Shown here in pieces: positions 56,201-64,000 of a stretch of 64,000 nt of DNA. The notes under the pieces are model-generated. The model saw only the letters and a program-made list of their open reading frames with translations. It had not been told where the DNA came from and did no database searches. Made by a program: the position numbers and the translations under genes. How positions within the stretch are numbered: position 1 is the first letter of the stretch; each line of letters opens with the position of its first letter. Origin of the DNA: Azolla caroliniana (taxonomy: Eukaryota > Plantae > Polypodiophyta); assembly GCA_043228905.1 (NCBI GenBank), contig JBHGNT010000007.1:16864001-16928000 (forward strand), in the 5' to 3' direction.

Positions 56201-59200
56201 ATTTGGTATGCAAACTAAAACGTAGCTTGTATGGCCTAAAACAAGCACCACAATAGTGGTATAAGAAGTTTGATACTTTTATGCTTTCTCAAGGCTTTGA
56301 TTGTAGCTATGCAGATCATTGTTTATACACGAAAAAGGATATCGATGACAGTCCTATCATACTTGTTCTATATGTGGATGATATGTTGCTAGCTGGGAAA
56401 AGAAAGACTAGTCTTGATGCTCTAAAAGATCAACTGAAATTGGTTTTCTCTATGAAAGATTTGGGAAATGCAGAGCATATTTTGGGCATGAGAATCAGTA
56501 GAAACAGAAAAGACAAATTGTTGTTTTTGTCACAAGAAAAGTACATTGAAAAAGTGCTTAACAGATTTAATATGTTAGAAGCAAAGTCCCTTGGAGTTCC
56601 TTTGCCGTCATATCTTAAACTCAGCAAGGCTGATTGTCCAAAGGATGAGATGGAAATCAATGCTATGAAGGGAATTCCTTATGCATCAGCATGTGGTTCT
56701 CTAATGTATGCTATGGTAGCTACTCGTCCAGATATTGCTTATGCAGTGGGAGTTGTTAGTCGCTATATGTCTAATCCCGGGAAAGCACATTGGGAGGCTG
56801 TCGAGTGTGTTTTCAGGTATCTTAAAGGTACACAGAGAGAATGTTTACGGTATGGGAAGGGTGCATTAAATTTGGAGGGATATTGTGATGCAGACATGGC
56901 AGGTGACTTGGATACACGTAAGTCTACTAGCGGGTATATATTTACAGTTGCTGGTGGAGCAGTGTCTTGGTGCTCCAAATTGCAAAAGATTGTAGCACTG
57001 AGTACTACTGAAGCTGAATATATTTCAGCTACAGAAGCTTCAAAGGAAGCTATATGGCTCAGCAGACTTGGTGAAGATCTTGGCATGGCTGTTAGTACTC
57101 TTGTGTTAGGATGTGATAGCCAGAGTGATGTGTATCTGGCTAAGAATGCCATGTTTCATTCGCGCACCAGACACATTGATGTGCGACATCACTTTTTCAG
57201 ACAAGTTTTGGAGGATGGTCTAGTCACATTGACCAAGATCAAAACACAGGATAATCGTGCAGATATTCTCACTAAAAGTCTTGGCAAAGCTCAACATGAG
57301 CATTGCATACAGTTAGTGGGAGTTACTTGAATGTTCACATTGAACCTTTAAGTGGGAGGTTGTTAGGTGTAAAGGCCCGTAGTTCACAAATTAGGTAATT
57401 ATTCGTATATGTGAACACATTGTTCACCTGGATAGGACACCTTTTTTTTGTAATGTGAACACACCACTTTCTTTGTAAGGTTAACTAATATAATAACCTT
57501 TTTTTTTGTTGTGTACCAATCAAGATGGTTGGGTACACCAAAGATCTGCGTGTCTCTACTCTCATCTCTACTACAGTCCTGTTTGCTGAACCTCATCTCT
57601 CAATAGCTGATCCGTCAAACATCCCTCTTTACCTTTATATTTTACTTAATGTGAAGTGAAGTTATTGGTTGTGAATGCATGAGTTAGAACATTGGGAAAA
57701 GTGAAATCTCCTTATATATACATACAGAAACTGACATCTTTGATATTATTATGAATCTATGCCTATTCTTTTCATTTGATATTATGACAGGTAATTCTTC
57801 CGATTTCAAGTTTATTATCAATCTAGACTCCGCGAAAATATTAAAGCTTGCTGAGGAATTGATTAGTAGGTCTCAGAAGGTTCATGACTCAGTAGCATCT
57901 GTGCCTCTAGAGAAGGTATTCGTATGATTAAGCTCAGGAAAATAAATTTTAATAATTGATGGGAATACATGCTAGTGGTCATACTTGTTTGTATTATTGA
58001 CTTCAAATAGGTTTTTATTGGCATACAATTCATACAAATCTAGTTTTACATATGAGCATTCAAGTTTTTGCCAGTTTAGACAATGGAAAAAGATTATTGT
58101 AATGCTGGGTTTTATAGTTTAGCCAATGTTCTCATTGAGCTTCTGAGACTTGAACATGGGCATTTAGAACATTTCTTACACTAAAACTAATAAATGCCTT
58201 ATAAATGTATGGGTCATTGTTTGCAATATAGGAAATCTTCCTTTCAATTGTCAAACCATATCATGTGAAGACAGATATATGTCAAGGAATTGAGCTAGTA
58301 GTGTAATTATAACCAAGCTTAAAGTGAATTCAGTGATGAATGAAGGAAGACTGGGACAAACAATTTGGAAAACTATTTTAGTGGGTGTTCTTAAAGCTCT
58401 TATACACCACGAGTGAATCCTTTTTTATATTTGTGCAAACTTTTCATTTGAATTATTTCTAAGGTTAATGTGATGGTCAAAGGTATCATTTATTAGTTTT
58501 ATGAATACTTCCATATTTTACTACTGTGTGAAACATGGAGTACCTAATTTATCAGGTTAGTTATGACAATGTTATCGCTCCATTGGCAAGTCTAGAAGCA
58601 GAGGAGTTTGCATTGATACAAAGTTGCAAGTTTCCCAGGCTGGTATCTAGTTCTAAGGAGGTTCAGCAAGCTAGCAAAGATGCAGAGAGTATGCTCGATG
58701 CTTACAAAGTGAAGTGCAGGTAGAAGATAAGATCATGTTTCATATGCTCACAAAACAGTTTAGTTTTGTTATTTGAGTATATCAATGTATGCATGCAAGA
58801 AGAATAAACCAACATTTTACCATTCCCAATATTTTAGGTACACCCTCAAACTATTTGCATTCACACAATATAGAGGCACACTTTCAACATATTCACTTCA
58901 CATACATCCATGCATGCTTGCCATGGCTCGAGGCCTAAGTGGTGAATTTCATGCCCTTATATTTACTCTTTCATAAAAAGCAAATTCAGCACCACATTCA
59001 AAACAAGGGACGTTTTGACTTCATGCACAGCATTGATAATTAAAAATATTATCATATTATTACTAAACCTTTTATCTACTCGTCATCTTTTTCCCATGAA
59101 ACCACCAATTTCATCCATACATGCTATGTGTCACTGATCTTGGATCTTGTGTGGCTCCGTCAAATTTATAGGAGTGTTTCATTTGCATGGCATCACTTTC

Positions 59201-62200
59201 AGAGTCTTGTACATGATAAGTGAACAATAGACATGAAAGGTAAACTTAGTGGTGTGTGGTTTATTTGCTTTCTTGAATGGAATTCAAATGATTAGTTGTG
59301 TATAGACTATAAGACTCATTCTGAATGTTGCAGTGCTCGAGTCGATGTATACCGGGTGGTTAAAGCTTTTAGTCAAAAAAATAGTAACTTGCAGCCTGAA
59401 GCTGACCGTTATGTTTGCTATTTGGTAAGATATTTAACTGAAATCCGCATATCCTACACTCAGTGCTGGAATGCCTAGTATTTATTACGTGATGTCTTTG
59501 AGAGAGTGCTCAGAAATGTTATTTTAGTTTAGAATGCATAGTATTTGCAGCCTTGAAGGTAAATGACTTAATGATGCTTCTTGTTGCTTGCATTGGATGT
59601 ATTATAGGCAGCTCTATCTAATTCTATTGATTCCATTGCACCTATTTTTTGTTTTTCTCTTCATATACATCCAAATTTGGATGTAATGACAATTTTAGTG
59701 CGTGCATGTACAGGAAATATAAAAAGATGATACTGAGATGTGTCACATGAGACCTTTCATTCTTCTTTGGATGCAATTACAAGTTCAATGTACACTTGTA
59801 TTCTTTCAACCATTGACACAAGGAAACGGAAGTGCTGTGTATTGGTGAAGGCAAATTTGGGCTACTGGGAAACAAAATTGTCAGTCAACTTTCAAAATTG
59901 ATTGTAGCTATGCTTTTTTGGAAATTTCCTGGCTAAATTTAATGTGCCGAGCTGCTTATGTTTAATGGTAATTTCTTAAATTTGCTGAACATGCATTATA
60001 ATCCATCACTCCTACAGTACATCAAGTTGATGACAATGGAGATACTATAATATACAAGGACAGTTCACATCTTTCAAAGAAAATGTTTGTCATGTTAAAA
60101 ATGTGATCAATGCATTTAGGCAGGCTGAAGACTCCAGTCTACCCTATAGGCTATATAGTGTACCAAGGGTTTTTAGAGCATTTTAGAGGGTTCACATATA
60201 CACATGATACACATTGAGGTTGGTGTGGTGGAGATTCAAAAATATTCTCGTTATTTTAATACACAAGGGCAGGCTATATCTTTCAAAGGTGAAAACCTTA
60301 CAATATTCATCGTATTAGAAATTTGATCAATGCATGTAGGGAGTCCACAGACTGCAGTCTACCCTGCAGTGCAATTGAGTCTTTATAGACTGCGTATAGT
60401 GTAAATACCTTTGCATGTATAGACTTAAAACTGAGATTAATCATTTGAATGACAGTGATAGATTGACAATAATTTTATATTGGTGTATGTATCAAAAGTT
60501 TGATGTGAGGGTCAATGATCCTTTAATATCTTCTAATGAACTAGAGCTTGCATTTTGAGTCAAATATAGTTAGAGAAAAGTTGTAAGTATGATTTAAAGT
60601 GATACTGTATTTTGCCGAAAAACTTATTCTAATACTTGATTGAATTGAGGTTATTAGTATCTGGTGAGTTTTAATAATTTTCACATATTCATAGAAAAAA
60701 GAGTATTAGATTTTTTTTCATGCATGGGGTATCTTGGTCTATTTTCAAGAAACATAATGGTCGTAAAAAGATATTCTGAACATCCTAGGTCTCCGAAAAG
60801 ACTGAATGTAGCAATTTATGGTTGCTATGTTTATCAGATAAGAGATTTTGAAAGACAAGGGTTGAATCTAAGGCCAGAATTAAAAGATGAAGCAGAGAGG
60901 TTGAAAACTAGAATAAGAGAACTCTGCAATGTGTTCCAGAACAACTTGAATGAGGATGAGACAACACTTCAGTTTACTGCTGAAGAGCTTGCCGGGATGC
61001 ATCCAAATTTTATTAAGGTGATTGTTTGATACGTGCATGGCAATGCTTAATATGCGAGTGTTCTCCTTGTCCTATCCTAATGTTATAATTCCTCAAGGCA
61101 GGGGTTAAATGCAGGAGATGGTTGCAAGTTGACAGTAACGTTAAAACCATGTCACTACCTCCCAATCATGGAACATTGCAAGGTAATGCATGCATTTTCT
61201 TATATGATTGTATAACATCAATTGAATTCAACCTGGTAAAGAAAAGGCTAATTTTTAGAAATTTTCTGAAGTTTTCTAATATAATTGTATAGAAGTAAAA
61301 TTGAATTTAACTATGTAAAGAAAAGGTTAATCTATATAAGTTTTGTGGACTCAAACAAATCTGTTTAATATTGCTGCTATGCCATCTTTCCACCTGCAAA
61401 TCAACTAATAACTTTTTGGTTTTTACTCGAACAATCAATACATTCTTGGCATGTCTCAAAAGGTATGCAGGTATGGTGACCTGTGGGCTATTTCATGCCA
61501 TCATTTTTTTTGGATTTTCACCTCAGATTGAGGTTTCCACGGGAGAGATATAATGCATGCTATAAAAAACATATGCCTGCCTGGAAAAGGGTTGTGTGCC
61601 ACCTATTTGATGGTAAACTTTGCAGCATATTCCAGCTATTTGCACGTCACCAATTTCAAGTTTTTGTTGTATTTGCCCAATTTTAAGTGCATTACTACTT
61701 GACCTATAACAACAAACTGCAACTCTATAATGTAGTATGCATATGATGCAGGTAAGGGCAACAAGGTCTGCTGTGGCTACTTCTCGTTATCGGAGGTGCA
61801 TGAAAGAGAATATTCCTATTCTAGAAAAAGTGGTATATTTGATTTTCATATAAAATAAAATTTCTAAATCAATTCTCAGTTTCCCGACATTATGATTGCA
61901 AGGCTGGAACTTGTAAGTTGATATCATTTTTCCCTTGAGAAATGCTTTGTTATATTTGCATGATGCGGTATAATTAGGAAAATGGTAAGTATTTACTGGC
62001 ATCTGTCAGGATATACTGACCTAAAATCTTATGTTATGCAGTTGGATCTGAGAAGAAAATTTGCTATGCTTCTTGGTTATAGAAACTGGGCTGAATATTG
62101 CTTGGAAGTACGCATGACAAGAAATCCTGAAAAGGTGGGTACACACTTTGATTCTCCATCTATCCTCTTTTTTTCTTCTTCTAGGTATCTCTACAAGTAA

Positions 62201-62915
62201 GATTATTGCAGCTATTCTTGATGGTGATGTATAAAGTGCAACAATAGTCGCAGATATATTCGACCTGAAACTACAAGAAGTTTACAGTATATGTCCTTTG
62301 ATACCATCACAAGTAACAGAACACAAGTTACAACTCATTCTAGATATATATGCACATTTAACTTGGATATCTGATACAACATTTTCTTAGAGTAGTTTGT
62401 GTGTAGTCTGCGCTAGATGGTCTTTCAGAACATCAGTTTGTGTGTAGTACTGGCATATGGTTAGGTATTTTAAAAAACAAATTTGCCCCAGTCTTTTGTA
62501 TAAATGAGTTTGTCACGTGGGAATCGGAAAGAATGCAATGCCTGAGAAATGCAAGATTAGAACTCAGGCTTGGAGTTTGATGGACTAATTTTCAGGTGAA
62601 GGAGTTTCATGATCAAATGTTGCGACATATCTTACCACGTGCCAATCAGGAGTTAAAACTCTTGCAAGATTTGAAGGTTGGCATCTTATTTTTCACCGAT
62701 TAGCATTGCAAGAGTGAATTTCTTAATTCTATAATTCTAAACTTTTGTGTAGGAAGAGGAAGAGGGAGATCCGGCATTTGGAGTGGAAGACATCCTGTAT
62801 TATATTCGAAAAGCAGAAAGAAGATTGCTGAATTTTAACATGAATAATCTGGATCAATATTTTCCATTTGAAGTTGTCACCACTGGTTTACTAAAAATAT
62901 ATGGTCATCTTCTTG
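38663..62915 (+). CDS. Thimet oligopeptidase-like M3A zinc metallopeptidase with N-terminal hydrophobic segment; 5' part only, continues beyond the window
   Basis: Exons: 38663-38810, 57791-57915 ([32 protein letters not shown]), 58556-58719 ([14 protein letters not shown]), 59334-59424 ([12 protein letters not shown]), 60838-61017 ([21 protein letters not shown]), 61102-61182, 61752-61832, 62042-62134 ([24 protein letters not shown]), 62596-62676, 62753-62915 ([14 protein letters not shown]). GT-AG introns, phases consistent. The HExxH motif is not reached. Linking exon 1 across 19 kb is inferred from phase and the family's N-terminal anchor. Confidence 0.88.
39560..41655 (+). mobile_element. 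Heavily degraded Copia integrase-RT remnant related to elements C/D, with an internal ~182-bp triplication at ~40370-40880
   Basis: [13 protein letters not shown].., [33 protein letters not shown] and [13 protein letters not shown] match D pol. Confidence 0.8.
43660..48082 (-). mobile_element. Young Ty1/Copia element E nested in C; RT C-terminus and RNase H deleted
   Basis: LTRs 43660-44125 and 47644-48082 (about 4 substitutions and one 27-bp indel by eye). TSD TTTTC (43655-43659 and 48083-48087). PBS 47632-47643, PPT ~44126-44135. Confidence 0.96.
44151..47411 (-). pseudogene. gag-pol of element E (734-aa gag-protease-integrase ORF and 338-aa partial RT ORF)
   Basis: [62 protein letters not shown] is interrupted by a microsatellite at 44204-44278. 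Confidence 0.92.
49580..51030 (-). mobile_element. 3' part of a non-L1 LINE (RTE/RTEX-like)
   Basis: [21 protein letters not shown] (post-RT motif) and [44 protein letters not shown] (C-terminal Cys/His motif). Confidence 0.75.
51030..52026 (+). mobile_element. Degraded Copia integrase remnant related to element B
   Basis: [45 protein letters not shown] matches B ORF 17848-18606. Confidence 0.85.
52027..52620 (+). mobile_element. LTR (52027-52383), PBS and truncated leader/gag start; same LTR family as the solo LTR at 12920
   Basis: TGTTGAGAATC...TTGATTCTTTACA followed by TGGTATTAGAGC at 52384. Confidence 0.8.
52715..57637 (+). mobile_element. Full-length Ty1/Copia element D with a few stops and frameshifts
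   Basis: LTRs 52715-52988 and 57361-57637 (TGTTAGG...CCTTTA). PBS TGGTATCAGAGC at 52991, PPT AAGTGGGAGG before 57361. No 5-bp TSD. Confidence 0.96.
53149..57330 (+). pseudogene. Disrupted gag-pol of element D
   Basis: ORF pieces 53149-53505, 53492-53791, 53899-54387, 54553-56256 and 56281-57330, with [55 protein letters not shown]. Confidence 0.92.
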
Positions 62916-63049
62916 GTAATTAATGAAAGGCTCACTTTTTTGCTTCCATTTATCTATTCCTCACTCTTAAAACTTGCTGTGATCAATCTTATAACTGGTT
63001 AAACTCTGGAGTTGCTGTGTTCAGGAACCGTCATCAGATATCTTATGGA

Positions 63050-63500
63050 CCACATACACTTCTTCTTTTTAAAAGTGGCATGGAGGTCCTTGTCATTGAT
63101 AACTTTGTATTTTTTCTAGTTCATGTTATATATCATTCTGGAAGCTGAAGAAGGCCATGAACTGACTGACTTGAGACTTGAGGGTGGGAACCTGAGCTGT
63201 GAAAGCATTTTGCGACTTCCACCAACCTATGCTTTCACCCCAGCCACATGGATACCCATATTTCAGATAGTTGGACGGATCTATATGTTATCACACCAAT
63301 TGCAGATAGAGAGGCAGATATGAAGGATTCAAATAAAATGATCACCTCTGCCACCTATGCTCATTAGAGGTTTAAACAAAAAAGCACCATATATGTCACT
63401 GCCTCTTTTGAAAAGATATCACTGCCTCTTTTGAAAAGATATCGCCATCTGCCCCCAGACCTGCTCTATACGTACAATGACCATTACCTCTTGGATTTTG
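63050..63500 (+). mobile_element. Degraded 3' remnant of the same LINE type as 49580-51030
   Basis: LSHQLQIE..RYEG...HLCHLCSLEV..KHHICHC across frameshifts at 63287-63405; 24-bp tandem duplication at ~63397-63443. Confidence 0.6.
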
Positions 63501-64000
63501 TCCACGACATATTATCTTAAAAAGAAAAAGGCCATCATTGTCCATTTGGAGTCAATAGGACACACTACTGTAAGGAACACTTTTGATGTATAATATTCAA
63601 AGAGGCAATTTTCTAGAATCTAATTTTGCCCGAAAAATAACTACCGAGGGGATGATAAAGCCTCTATGATATAGGTGATTAATTAGTGTATGGATGAAGG
63701 CTGTTTTTTTCACAGCCTATACCCTAGAATTTGAACCTTCACGAATCCCCCTGAACCCCATCTTTGTGCGCATCCTTTTTGTCTTTTGTATTATAGGCTT
63801 GTGGCATGTTCACCTGGTTTGAGTTACCAATCTAGGATAACCACACTTGTCTTTGCCAGCCTTCTGTAGCACCCTGGATTTCAGTGTTTTTTCGCATATT
63901 TGTTAGCCTTTGCTTTCGCTTCCATGCCTCTTCCACATAGATTGGAAAAAATGAGCCTACAATATAATGTTGAGTTTTCCAGCTGCAATATAATGTTCAG

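Overview
AT-rich land-plant nuclear DNA; the TE-filled long introns and element types suggest a fern or other non-seed plant (inference only). Three spliced host genes were traced exon by exon: (1) a plastid-type cyclophilin of the CYP20-3/CYP20-2 group (minus, 4950-8522); (2) a complete nicotinate phosphoribosyltransferase (minus, 22483-30994, 15 coding exons, 556 aa) with a GC-AG intron and a triplicated exon; (3) the 5' part of an M3-family thimet-oligopeptidase-like gene (plus, 38663 to beyond 62915), whose ~19 kb first intron holds a nested stack of Copia, Gypsy and LINE elements. The rest is transposon-derived: a nested Copia cluster with a hAT MITE and a solo LTR at 11.8-21.1 kb, LINE remnants and many local tandem duplications. 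I found no CRISPR array, rRNA, intact tRNA or prokaryotic system, and I cannot support a clearly new biological system. The best leads are structural: an inverted Copia pair inside a transcribed intron, donor-retaining NAPRT pseudo-exons, a candidate 41-nt intron or poison exon, a Copia with a doubled PPT and long pol extension, a microsatellite-patched RT deletion, and a 56-bp-periodic hairpin array. Coordinates and identities were read by eye.
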